From Spirochaetia bacterium (GTDB taxonomy: Bacteria > Spirochaetota > Spirochaetia > DSM-2461): 64,000 bases of DNA. The translations under genes and the position numbers were made by a program. Position 1 is the first letter of the stretch; every line of letters starts with the position of its first letter. Below the pieces are notes generated by a model. That model did no database searches and was not told where the DNA came from. It was given only the letters and a program-made list of their open reading frames with translations. Of the stretch, positions 1-8,992 are shown piece by piece. Where the stretch lies: positions 1,344,001 through 1,408,000 of the forward strand of contig CAXXIA010000001.1 in the NCBI GenBank assembly GCA_963666985.2, in the 5' to 3' direction.

Positions 1-487
1 GAGAGGCCTCGTCAATGCGGACAACACCCCGGGCCCCCATACTGTCCACCGGCTTCACAACCCACGGACCGGGAACGGCGGAAGCGGCGGCATCGACATC
101 ATCGCCGCTTCCCACTTCAATAAAGGGCGGTGAAGGAACACCCGCCTCTCGGAAGGCCCGCCTCATCAGGATTTTATCGGTGGCGCGAAGGGCCGCTTCG
201 GGCGAGTGTCCGGGAAGACCGAATGCCGAGGCGATAACGGCGACCGAGTAGGAAAAGTCCGTTCCGGCGGTAAAAACGCCGTCCGGGCCCCCTCCGCCGT
301 TCAGGCTCGCGGCCGCATCGATGAGAGCGGCCGTATCTTTCAGGTCCACCGGAAAAAACTCGTCGCATAAACCGCATCCCGCGGCTTGTGAATTGCCGTC
401 GGCGGCGGCGACATACCACCCCATGTCCCGAGCGATACGAAGAGCGGGCACCTGCATGGGGCCGCATCCGAGGATGAATATTTTCAT
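1..487 (-). CDS. ATP-grasp domain protein, 3' end beyond window edge
   Basis: Not in the ORF track. Manual translation from ATG 487 gives MKIFILGCGPMQVPAL...GVFTAGTDFS...ATDKILMRRAF...WVVKPVDSMGARGV, with the DK..M and VVKP..S.G.RGV ATP-grasp motifs. Confidence 0.85.
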   Translation of the reverse strand, partial: MKIFILGCGPMQVPALRIARDMGWYVAAADGNSQAAGCGLCDEFFPVDLKDTAALIDAAASLNGGGGPDGVFTAGTDFSYSVAVIASAFGLPGHSPEAALRATDKILMRRAFREAGVPSPPFIEVGSGDDVDAAASAVPGPWVVKPVDSMGARGVVRIDEAS

Positions 488-506
488 CGGTTGATTCTCA
501 GACAAC

Positions 507-2486
507 TTAGGACTCCTTGACGGCATAAACCTCGAAGGTATCGCCCAGCCTCATGAGCCGGCTGATAAGGCCCGCCGAACGAAAAAGAACACTCCCTTTT
601 CGGGGAGAAAAAGCGAATCTTTCCGGATGATGACCGGTAACGCGGATTCGATAAACCCTGAATCCGTGTTTGGATAAAAGCCGCCGGGCCGTTTGGGGAG
701 TCCAGATTGTGTAGTGATCTTCCGGACTGTTTTCCAAAAATCGGCGGAAGTCCCGGCGGCCGCTGATGCCTGATCCGTTGGGAGTGGAAAGGGCCAGAAC
801 ACCGCCCCGCCTGATGAGTGAGGAGACGGCCTCCAGAACCGCATGCACATCGGGAAAATGCTCGATGACGTACCATAACGTGACGGCGTCGAAAGCGCCG
901 ATTCCGAAGATTTCGGCCGGATTGTCGAAAGGAAACATCGCCCGCTGCGCCGGGAGCCCCAATTCGTTTCGGACATAAGCAACCCCTTCTTCGGATACAT
1001 CAATGCCGTAAGGGTCCCATCCTTCCTGCCGGGAGGCATCAAGAAACGGTCCGAAAGCGCATCCGATATCCAGAAGACTTCCCCCCGAAGGCATTCGACT
1101 CCGGATAATTCGGAGCCTGGAGAACGCCATGGCTTTAATCGCGCCGAAATCCTCAAGATAGGTCCGTCCGTACTGATTCCGATATTCCCGTTCAAAATAA
1201 GAAGGCCCGTATTCGTCTTTTTTCAGCCGGAAACGGTAGAGGCCCGTCATGCCGCAGCGCGGACAGCGGTAATAGGTGCGCGCCGGGAACCGGGCGATGA
1301 CGGGAGGAAGGAGATTCCCGCAGGCCGCGCAGCGGGGCGAGGGCGCCTCCAGTTCTCCCAAGAAATCACTGAGACAGCCTGAGGCGGCCGGAGTTTCGGC
1401 GGTGCTCCGGGTTTCGGGGAATCCCGGATTTGCGGCGGTTCCCGCGACTCCGGAGGCGGAGGAGGCGGAGGAGGCGGAGGCCGGAATTTCTGAGAGGTTT
1501 CCCGGTACTTCAAGACCCGCATCCTCAGTCCCCAAAAGACCGGCCCTTTCGGCAATCCGCCGGGAGGATTGTTCAACGTTCCGACGTGCTTCTTCCGCCG
1601 ATGATGCGGCATCCTTCAAAAATCCGGAAAGAGCCGGAAATCCGAACTGTTTTGAGAGTGATTCATGATACGGAGTGGGATCAATAATCAGCACGGCGCA
1701 TCCGGCGGCAACGGCTTCCCAAGCGGTCAGTCCGTAGGAACAGACCACAAGTCCGTAGTTTCCAAGCCGTTCTTTAAGCTCTTTCGGCTTTCCAAGATCG
1801 GCAACGCCCTCCGGGAGATCCTTTTCGGAGAATCCCGAAGGGCGTGTCACGGCGATTTGCGAAGGTGCGAAGGTGCCCCGTGCAAGCAGTGATTGAACCG
1901 CCGGAATCGTCAGATTCGCCGGATCATGCCCTCCGAAACTCACGAGAACCGGTCCCGAAGCGTCAGGACTTCGCCGATGCGAAGGCAGATCGAGAAGACG
2001 AATATCCGTAATATTCGCCTCTCCTTCCCTTTCTCCGGGAATGGCATTCACGACGAACGGCGCCCGCTTTACGGCGCTTCCCGTATCATCCAATAAAACG
2101 GGCGTGGCGACCCGAGCCCACCTTTTCAGTTCGGCCATATCGGTGGAGCGGCGGTCGAACACGATGAGAGTCCCGGGCGCGGTCGAAGCCGTCAATGAAC
2201 CGGAAGAAAAAGACGTATCGGCCCCGGAATCATCGCCATTTGTTAAATCGGTTCCGGCAAAAATCGCCGATTCCTCGCTCCCGCTTTCCAAAATGGAAAC
2301 AGAACCGGGAAATCCTTCAATTTCGTTCGCCCATTTGGCCGCCGATATATTCTCCGGAGAGGTTCTTTCAAGAACGATAGAAGCCTTTTCCCCAAGTTCC
2401 CGAGCGGCCTTCCAGCATCTTCGCAGATGACCGGAGCCCATTCCCCGTCGGTTTAAGGGGATAAAAAGAATTTTCTCGGCAGGCAT
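507..2486 (-). CDS. Fusion of a PseG/SpsG-like GT-B domain, a Zn ribbon and a class I SAM methyltransferase
   Basis: GMGSGHLRRC and VSFGGHDPANLT (PseG/SpsG-like); CAACG...CPRCG; LLDIGCAFG SAM motif I; WYVIEH; STPN. Confidence 0.8.
   Translation of the reverse strand: MPAEKILFIPLNRRGMGSGHLRRCWKAARELGEKASIVLERTSPENISAAKWANEIEGFPGSVSILESGSEESAIFAGTDLTNGDDSGADTSFSSGSLTASTAPGTLIVFDRRSTDMAELKRWARVATPVLLDDTGSAVKRAPFVVNAIPGEREGEANITDIRLLDLPSHRRSPDASGPVLVSFGGHDPANLTIPAVQSLLARGTFAPSQIAVTRPSGFSEKDLPEGVADLGKPKELKERLGNYGLVVCSYGLTAWEAVAAGCAVLIIDPTPYHESLSKQFGFPALSGFLKDAASSAEEARRNVEQSSRRIAERAGLLGTEDAGLEVPGNLSEIPASASSASSASGVAGTAANPGFPETRSTAETPAASGCLSDFLGELEAPSPRCAACGNLLPPVIARFPARTYYRCPRCGMTGLYRFRLKKDEYGPSYFEREYRNQYGRTYLEDFGAIKAMAFSRLRIIRSRMPSGGSLLDIGCAFGPFLDASRQEGWDPYGIDVSEEGVAYVRNELGLPAQRAMFPFDNPAEIFGIGAFDAVTLWYVIEHFPDVHAVLEAVSSLIRRGGVLALSTPNGSGISGRRDFRRFLENSPEDHYTIWTPQTARRLLSKHGFRVYRIRVTGHHPERFAFSPRKGSVLFRSAGLISRLMRLGDTFEVYAVKES
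1452..1480. repeat. 9-bp tandem repeat (GGAGGCGGA x3) encoding an Ala/Ser linker
   Basis: Seen directly; in frame as ASASSASSAS in the 507..2486 protein. Confidence 0.8.
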
Positions 2487-2489
2487 CCT

Positions 2490-3158
2490 TCAGCTTCTCC
2501 GCTTCAAGTAAGGAATCACTTGATCGAGTTCCAAAGGAGCTCCCGAATAGAGTTCCTGAAACAGGCCATTTAAAAAAGTGTAATCCTCGGGAGTATCAAG
2601 AGTAATGCGCCCTTCGGGAAAGGAATAAACGGACGGAGCGTCTTGAATCTCTATATGAAAGCGTTCCGGCCTTCTATAAAGAAACGGAGCGACATGTTCC
2701 CGCTCATACGGATCAGAGGCCTCCGCATAGGCTTCTTCAAGCCGGCGGACGCGGATAATTTCCACACCGGCTCCTACCGGGATTCCTCTGATACCGGAAT
2801 AAGCGGCGCCGCTCGACTCGGAAATTTTTAACGCGGCATTGGCCATGGCCGGTGAAACAAGCGGATTATCGCCTGTAGCACGAATAATAACGGAAGCTCC
2901 CGTTTCTCTTGCCGCCAAGACAAATCGCGCCAGAACATCGTCCTTGGGACCGACGAAGACATCCCAGCCGCATTCGGCGGCCAATGGACGCAGTTCGTTC
3001 TCGGAATCCTCCGTGGTGAGCAGCATGCGGATATCGCTTTTCACCAAAGACAAAGCGTTCATGGCATGCTCCACGACAGTCTTCCCGGCGAGATCCAGGA
3101 GTGCTTTTCGCGGCAGGCGGGAAGAATCGAGTCTGGCCTGAAGAAAAACAGCCGTCAC
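2490..3158 (-). CDS. SpsF-like acylneuraminate cytidylyltransferase family protein
   Basis: QARLDSSRLPRKAL, DDVLARF, RATGDNP, EREHV, RITLDTPED. The GTG at 3158 lies 1 nt after the upstream stop. Confidence 0.88.
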   Translation of the reverse strand: MTAVFLQARLDSSRLPRKALLDLAGKTVVEHAMNALSLVKSDIRMLLTTEDSENELRPLAAECGWDVFVGPKDDVLARFVLAARETGASVIIRATGDNPLVSPAMANAALKISESSGAAYSGIRGIPVGAGVEIIRVRRLEEAYAEASDPYEREHVAPFLYRRPERFHIEIQDAPSVYSFPEGRITLDTPEDYTFLNGLFQELYSGAPLELDQVIPYLKRRS

Positions 3159-3159
3159 T

Positions 3160-4137
3160 TCAGCCTTCCCATTCCCACGTTTCGGCCAGTGAAGCGGCGT
3201 CTCTTTTAAACCGATATCGGTTCTCGTGAACCCAAAACCGGGCGTCTTTCCAGTCCTGTTTGGCCGATGCGGCGGATTCGCCCGAAGAACGCCTGTAGGA
3301 ACGCCAGCTTGATCGCGGAATGATTCCGGCGTCGCCGAGTCTCCTGACGGCAAGATTTCTGAAGAAAAACCGCCTGTACCCCGGGCCCACCGAAGCGTCT
3401 TCCGAAGGCGGCTCTTCGATGTAGCCGACCTTCAGAGACGGATGAACGCGCAGTTCCTCTCCCCAGAGCCAAGCCCTCATTCCGTAATCGATTTTCTGCC
3501 ACCAGCTTTCGGTTATCCGATGATCAAAACCTCCCAGAGCGAGGTGTTTGTCTTTTCTGTAAATGCCGGCGAAATCCCAGGGCGCCAGTGTCGCGGATTC
3601 TCCCGAAACGGCCGAATACGGCCGAACGTCGAAACTTCCGCCCGGTCCGGGCAGAGGTCCCAGGAGAGTCGGCAGCGGATCTCCGGCATTGTCGCGAAAA
3701 GAAGGAACCGTACAGAGACGCTCCTTCTCGCTGACTTTCGCGAAAACCCGGGAAGAGATGCCCGAAGTGTTGATCTGCATATCTCCCCAGAGAACAAAAA
3801 CATGATCTCCGACCGCTTCACGGACGGCCGCATCGATTTTGATTCCGGTATTCACGGACTCCGGAAAAATCAGAAACCGAAGCTGTCCGTATCGGCGGGA
3901 AAGAACTTCGACATCGTGCGGACAGGGAGAGGATTCCACGGAAATCACTTCAAGAGCGCCCAGACGGCAGAGCTCTTCGAAGAAATCCCGCCGGAAGGGA
4001 CGGGATCCTCTGTTGAGAAGGGCGATGGAAAGACCCGAAAGCCCCTTTTTATCCCGATCGATCCTCTCACCTCCGACGACGGTATAAACCCCGCCGTCCG
4101 GCGGTTCCGGATTAGAAATTGAAGGTGTAGTATTCAT
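3160..4137 (-). CDS. Glycosyltransferase family 2-like (GT-A fold) protein
   Basis: HVFVLWGD, LGGFDHRI and IDYGMRAWLWG resemble GT2 motifs. The start MNTTPS overlaps the end of the spiro-SPASM gene. Confidence 0.6.
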   Translation of the reverse strand: MNTTPSISNPEPPDGGVYTVVGGERIDRDKKGLSGLSIALLNRGSRPFRRDFFEELCRLGALEVISVESSPCPHDVEVLSRRYGQLRFLIFPESVNTGIKIDAAVREAVGDHVFVLWGDMQINTSGISSRVFAKVSEKERLCTVPSFRDNAGDPLPTLLGPLPGPGGSFDVRPYSAVSGESATLAPWDFAGIYRKDKHLALGGFDHRITESWWQKIDYGMRAWLWGEELRVHPSLKVGYIEEPPSEDASVGPGYRRFFFRNLAVRRLGDAGIIPRSSWRSYRRSSGESAASAKQDWKDARFWVHENRYRFKRDAASLAETWEWEG

Positions 4138-5674
4138 CACACTGTGCACAGGGATTCGGGAATTCACCGGAAACATGCCGTTCATGCAGCTTCGCTCCGG
4201 CGGACCAAATACGTTCCAAATCATCGGTAAAGACATTCCCCAAACTTTCCATTCGATCCAGCGCATCGATACAAACCGGAACCGTTCCGTCGATAAGCAC
4301 CGGCATATCCCTTTTCAGATGCCAACAGGGAAACCGATTCAGCGGAGAGAGATCCGCCGGCTGTTTTTCGGGCAGATATCCGGCATGCGAATCGTATTTC
4401 TGAATAATCACTCCAACGCCTTCATCATTCCATTTCTTATGAAAATCCTCCAGATGCTCTTCGTTTTCCAGCATGCGGACGGCCTGAACCCAACAATGCT
4501 TTCCGAACAATCCGGCCAATTTGCGCGCCGTATCTTCCGCCTCGCCCTGCCCTTCTCCTCGAAGAGACGTGTAAAGAGCCGGATCGGCGGCATCCAGCGT
4601 GACAATCCAGAGAAGCCGCCCGGCCTCCGTTTCGGATGCAAGTTCTTCCAAAAGCGCCGGATTCCAGCCGATGCCGGAAGTTTCAATCAGAACCTTCGTA
4701 GCCGCCGGAGCATCGGGCAAGTCCCCGCCTTCACCCGCCTCAAGGGCCGATCTGATGATCTTTCCGATTTCCGGATGAGAGGAAGGCTCACCCCAAAGCG
4801 AAGGAACGATAACCGCGTCTCCCGCGAAGTCGACAATTCCGCGGCACAGATCGGAGAAAACGCGAGCATCCATGAATTGCGAATTCCCGCGGGGATCGCC
4901 CTTCCATCGATTGTACGCGGAATAAGAGCAGTTCTGAGGATGATGATCGGTTATCTGTATGGGGAAATAAACGGGGAGACTCCGCAGAAGATTTCTGTTC
5001 GCCGGAATTACCGTGCATAGTGATTCGGCATCCCGGCCGCCGGCCTCATACAGGGATTCGGCGATGCGGACATTGCGCCGGGTATCGCAGGTTATCGAAA
5101 CCCGGTCCATCCTCATGTCTTCGGGCGAAAGCTGGGTTTCCACGTCGAAGGCGTTGATATCCTGCCGAAGCACTTCAAACAGAGTATCCCGCCGCACTTC
5201 GCCGCCGCGTCCGGCGGCCAGGGGAAGAAGTTTCGCGGGCAGGGATGCCGAGAGAATCTCCGGAGCCGTACCCGCGGGGTATCCGTCGGCAAAGGTGTAT
5301 TCGGCATCATATTTATAATGCAGATCCCATAAAGTCCGCGTAACGTCCTTATCGATAAGAGGTGCATCGCCCCATGCGTAAAAGATGGAGTCCGGAGCCG
5401 AATCGCCGCCGGTTGCGCCGTTAACCGTTTCGAGAAGCGCACGGATTAGATTCTCTTCGTTCCAGGTTTCCTTTTTAATGACGCCGACGGATACATCCTG
5501 ATTCCCGATTTCCGGTATTTCGGTTTTCACTCCGGCCAGCAGCACCAATCCGGAAACATCCGGAACCGAAGCGGCCCATTCTACGGCCCGTTCAAACGCC
5601 GATTTCCCGCCGAAAACGGATTTATAGGCCAAAGATGAGAGTCCGGAAATGTAAATAACGGCCAAGTTCCCCAT
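4112..5674 (-). CDS. Spiro-SPASM protein (cytidylyltransferase-like, degenerate radical SAM and SPASM/twitch domains)
   Basis: WGDAPLID and AEYTFADGYP.G..PEIL in the N-domain; C-terminal CWHLKRD...DGTVPVC...LGNVF...CAQCDEYYTFNF. Confidence 0.9.
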   Translation of the reverse strand: MGNLAVIYISGLSSLAYKSVFGGKSAFERAVEWAASVPDVSGLVLLAGVKTEIPEIGNQDVSVGVIKKETWNEENLIRALLETVNGATGGDSAPDSIFYAWGDAPLIDKDVTRTLWDLHYKYDAEYTFADGYPAGTAPEILSASLPAKLLPLAAGRGGEVRRDTLFEVLRQDINAFDVETQLSPEDMRMDRVSITCDTRRNVRIAESLYEAGGRDAESLCTVIPANRNLLRSLPVYFPIQITDHHPQNCSYSAYNRWKGDPRGNSQFMDARVFSDLCRGIVDFAGDAVIVPSLWGEPSSHPEIGKIIRSALEAGEGGDLPDAPAATKVLIETSGIGWNPALLEELASETEAGRLLWIVTLDAADPALYTSLRGEGQGEAEDTARKLAGLFGKHCWVQAVRMLENEEHLEDFHKKWNDEGVGVIIQKYDSHAGYLPEKQPADLSPLNRFPCWHLKRDMPVLIDGTVPVCIDALDRMESLGNVFTDDLERIWSAGAKLHERHVSGEFPNPCAQCDEYYTFNF

Positions 5675-5702
5675 GAATACCACCCCTCGGCAGGGCTTCT
5701 GG

Positions 5703-5731
5703 TTGACCCCGCCGGTGTTCGACTCCATATT
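5703..5731 (+). promoter_or_regulatory. Putative sigma70 promoter giving a leaderless start at 5739
   Basis: TTGACC-N17-CATATT, 7 nt before the ATG. Confidence 0.55.
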
Positions 5732-5738
5732 AAACCCG

Positions 5739-6236
5739 ATGGAGATCAATCGGAACCCACCGCTTATTACAGTATGTTTACTCGCGACAGTCGCGCTTTT
5801 CACCCTGTCCTGCGAATCGCAGGAATCGCCGAAACGATATTTAAAGCGTTTGGACTTGGAATACAGAACGGATTCCGAGGGGGATTATCGTATAACAATC
5901 CCTCTTCCGGACGGTGAAGAAAAAGAAGTTGGAATCGGAGCGCGGGGCATTCCGCTCCGGGACGGACAAAGGATTCGCGAAATCTGGTCCGTGGCCGCGA
6001 GAATCCCGGGAGGACTTCCCGAAGGTCTTGCGGAAAGCCTTTTAACCGATACTTGGTCGTCCGCCATGCTCGGTTCATGGGCGCTGGCCGGAGTTACCGA
6101 TGACGGAAGACATGTTCTCGTATACCTTACCCGCCTGCCCATGGATGCCTCTCTGAGTGCTTTTTCATCGGCTCTGAAAGACGCGGCGGCGGCGGCTTCG
6201 GACATGGAAAAGGCTTTGGCGAGCTTAACGGAATAA
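5739..6236 (+). CDS. Putative lipoprotein, possibly YbjN/CesT-like fold
   Basis: Signal with lipobox FTLS-C; LDLEYRTDSEGDYRI and GSWAL patterns. The fold call is tentative. Confidence 0.6.
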   Translation: MEINRNPPLITVCLLATVALFTLSCESQESPKRYLKRLDLEYRTDSEGDYRITIPLPDGEEKEVGIGARGIPLRDGQRIREIWSVAARIPGGLPEGLAESLLTDTWSSAMLGSWALAGVTDDGRHVLVYLTRLPMDASLSAFSSALKDAAAAASDMEKALASLTE

Positions 6237-6239
6237 AAA

Positions 6240-7448
6240 ATGTTCATCGACGAAGGCAGGCCGATTTGGTCGGTTACGGAACTGACTCTTGCCATCAAGG
6301 AGCAGCTGGAAGACTCGTTTCCGCTTCTTCGCGTTGAAGGAGAGGTGTCCAACTGCCGCCCTTCGGGCGCCGGGCATGTCTATTTCACCCTTAAAGACTC
6401 CGGAGCCGTTATATCCGCGGCGCTTTTTCGAGGCAGAGCCGCCAAGGCGGCCGCGATGCCCAAAGACGGGATGCAGGCCGTTATAACGGGAAAAATCGAT
6501 GTGTATCCTCCGCGCGGCTCCTACCAGATTATCGTGGAAGATGTCCGCGAAGCGGGCCGCGGAGCGATTTTGGAGGCGCTTGAACGGCGGAAAAAAGCCT
6601 TGGCGGCCGAAGGACTTTTTTCCGTGGAACGCAAGAAATCCCTTCCGCCCTATCCCAGACGCGTCGCCGTCGTCACATCGCCCACCGGCGCGGCGATCCG
6701 CGACATTCTGCAGGTTCTCTCCCGCAGAACGGCCGCGCCTCATATTACCATTCTTCCCGCCGCGGTTCAGGGTGCCGAAGCGCCGGCGCAGATCGCCGCG
6801 CAGATCCAAAGAGCCGCGGCCTACAATCTCGGCGATGTCCTCATCCTGGCCCGCGGCGGCGGTTCCTTGGAGGATTTGGCCGCGTTTAATGAAGAAATCG
6901 TGGTTCGCTCCGTGGCCGCCTGCCCTCTTCCGCTTATCAGCGGCGTGGGCCATGAAATCGATGTGAGCCTGGCGGATTTGGCCGCGGATGTGAGGGCGGC
7001 CACGCCATCGGCCGCCGCGGAACTGGTCAGCGACCGTTCCGAAGATTTACTCATGAGAGCGCGGGGATTCAGAAGGGAAGCCCTCGCTTCTTTGGAAGGA
7101 CGCCTGGAGTCGCTTCGAAAAGAACTGCGGCCGCTTCTGACCGCCGAACTCTCACGTCTGGCCGCCGGCCGCGTTACCGAAGCGCTCCGCGGAAGTGATG
7201 ATGCCGGGCGCGCCCTTACGGATGCGGCCGCTTCACGAACAGCACTCTTGCGGAAACGGCTGGATCTTGCCCGGCAATCTCTTCACGATTCATCGCCCCA
7301 AGCGGTTATGCGGCGCGGATACGCGCGGGTCAGTGTAAAGGGAAAAACGGTTATTAATGCCGAAATACTCAACTCCGGCGACACCGTCAATGTGTCTTTT
7401 GCCCAAGGAGAGGCCGATGCCGTTGTTACCGATGTCCGAAAAGAATAA
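6240..7448 (+). CDS. xseA: Exodeoxyribonuclease VII large subunit
   Basis: VEGEVSN, GHVYFTLKD, VTSPTGAAIRD, RGGGSLEDL, SGVGHEID, ATPSAAAE. Confidence 0.98.
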   Translation: MFIDEGRPIWSVTELTLAIKEQLEDSFPLLRVEGEVSNCRPSGAGHVYFTLKDSGAVISAALFRGRAAKAAAMPKDGMQAVITGKIDVYPPRGSYQIIVEDVREAGRGAILEALERRKKALAAEGLFSVERKKSLPPYPRRVAVVTSPTGAAIRDILQVLSRRTAAPHITILPAAVQGAEAPAQIAAQIQRAAAYNLGDVLILARGGGSLEDLAAFNEEIVVRSVAACPLPLISGVGHEIDVSLADLAADVRAATPSAAAELVSDRSEDLLMRARGFRREALASLEGRLESLRKELRPLLTAELSRLAAGRVTEALRGSDDAGRALTDAAASRTALLRKRLDLARQSLHDSSPQAVMRRGYARVSVKGKTVINAEILNSGDTVNVSFAQGEADAVVTDVRKE

Positions 7449-7457
7449 GGAGACTCC

Positions 7458-7682
7458 ATGAAAGGATTTGAAGAACGCTTGGCGCGGCTCGAAGAGGTGG
7501 CCGCGAAAATCAGGGATAGAGAGATATCCATAGAAGAAGCCATGGAACTCTTTGACGAAGGCGTGGTGATCTCGAAAGGTCTGGAAGAAGAATTGAAGGG
7601 ATTCGAACGCAAGGTGGAAATCCTGACCAACGAACCGCCGACCGATGGAAGCGGTGAGGCGGAACTGGAGGAATTCAGCTGA
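7458..7682 (+). CDS. xseB: Exodeoxyribonuclease VII small subunit
   Basis: FEERLARLEE...SIEEAMELFDEG; follows xseA with SD AGGAG. Confidence 0.95.
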   Translation: MKGFEERLARLEEVAAKIRDREISIEEAMELFDEGVVISKGLEEELKGFERKVEILTNEPPTDGSGEAELEEFS

Positions 7683-7762
7683 CGGCGCCCGGCGGCAGGA
7701 GTCGAACAGCGGCCGTTTCCGCCGATATAATTCCGATTATGAACAAGATGCGGATAGCCGCC

Positions 7763-8293
7763 CTATCGGTATTTCGAGGGAATAATCGCTTTGTCTCCCG
7801 CTTCTATGCCCTTCCTTGCGAACCATCCGCGATTCACCTCCAGCGCATAAAGCACGCTTCTGGCGGAAACCACGGGAGCCAGCGAATACGGCTCCAAATC
7901 CTCAATCTGACGAATCGTACCATCCGCGGCGATAAACGCTATGGAAAGAGGGAGGGACGTATTTTTCATCCAAAAGGACGCCTTTTGCTCCTCTTCGAAG
8001 ACGAAAAGCATACCGCACTCGTCTTTGAGTGATTTTCGATTCATAAGACCCTGACGGCGTGATTCGGAATCGGCGGCCACTTCGACAAGAAGCGTGTGAC
8101 CGGCCACGTCGAGGGACTCTTTAGGAAGGGAACTTCTCCCGCATCCGGAAAAAAAAGCCGCCGACAGCAGCAGCCCAATCACGGCGTATGAAAAAACCGG
8201 GGCAAACAGCTTCCGCTTCGCCGGCACAAAGATCACCTTGGAACAGCGTTCGTCCGCTTTGAGAGCCTCTGTCCTCTTGTTAAAATTCATCAA
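7763..8293 (-). CDS. DUF192 family protein, possible lipoprotein
   Basis: VEVA...R.QGLM.R...GMLFVF...FWMKNT.LPLSIAFI...ALEVNRG. Start uncertain. Confidence 0.9.
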   Translation of the reverse strand: MMNFNKRTEALKADERCSKVIFVPAKRKLFAPVFSYAVIGLLLSAAFFSGCGRSSLPKESLDVAGHTLLVEVAADSESRRQGLMNRKSLKDECGMLFVFEEEQKASFWMKNTSLPLSIAFIAADGTIRQIEDLEPYSLAPVVSARSVLYALEVNRGWFARKGIEAGDKAIIPSKYR

Positions 8294-8840
8294 GAAATTC
8301 TTCCCTGGCGGATTCTCTCCAGGCGATTCTGTCGGTCCGCCGTTCGACGGACGCGTTAAAAAAGCCGAGGTCGAGATATTTAACCGTCAAAGGACGTTCC
8401 AGGGCAAGCCGTGTCTCTCCGTCTTCCCACCAGGCTTTGTCGGGATTCATGGCCGTGGGATTCCCGTACCGTTCTTCCAAAGTTGTGTAAACCGAAAACC
8501 AGTCTATGGTTTCGGGATTCAGCTCAAGCATGATGGCCGCCAGGGATTCATCCTCGAACTGAAAGAGACCTCTTTCGATGAATAAAGATCCTCCCGAATC
8601 GATAACCGAGGCCCGCGGACGCTTTAGAAGGCTCACATCCGGATCGCCGCGGTAGTCGAACCACGAATCATCGAGGAGTTTTTCCTTCACCTCATCGGGG
8701 CTCATACCCAAGAGGATTCCCCGATACTCCCTGGGGAGAGGACTCTCAGGCGCCTCGGCCGATTCCTGAGCGCCGATTCCCTGCGAAACGGTGAAAGCGA
8801 GAACCGCAGCGAAAAAAATCGAAATCCGTCTGTTTTTCAT
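8280..8840 (-). CDS. Exported hypothetical protein
   Basis: Signal peptide MKNRRISIFFAAVLAF...GA; overlaps the DUF192 gene in operon fashion. Confidence 0.75.
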   Translation of the reverse strand: MKNRRISIFFAAVLAFTVSQGIGAQESAEAPESPLPREYRGILLGMSPDEVKEKLLDDSWFDYRGDPDVSLLKRPRASVIDSGGSLFIERGLFQFEDESLAAIMLELNPETIDWFSVYTTLEERYGNPTAMNPDKAWWEDGETRLALERPLTVKYLDLGFFNASVERRTDRIAWRESAREEFLDEF

Positions 8841-8957
8841 TTTCCCATCACACATCTATACTGACTATCGGCATAAATTTCCCCCGATTTCATGTTCGGC
8901 GCGCATCTATTCGATTCATGCGGCCACGAGGCTCTTTAAAATTCCCTTGTAAAAAGG

Positions 8958-8986
8958 TTGATGCGAATCCCGTCGGGGCCCATGAT
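8958..8986 (+). promoter_or_regulatory. Putative sigma70 promoter giving a leaderless start at 8993
   Basis: TTGATG-N17-CATGAT, 6 nt before the ATG. Confidence 0.5.
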
Positions 8987-8992
8987 GATGAT

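Noticed and set aside
1247..1687. Poly-Pro, poly-Arg and EAE-repeat ORFs
   Set aside because: Alternative-frame readings of the 9-bp repeat inside the real minus-strand gene.
2490..5803. Longer N-termini in the ORF track (starts 3353, 4266, 5803)
   Set aside because: They overlap neighbouring genes extensively; coupled starts at 3158, 4137 and 5674 fit the family motifs.
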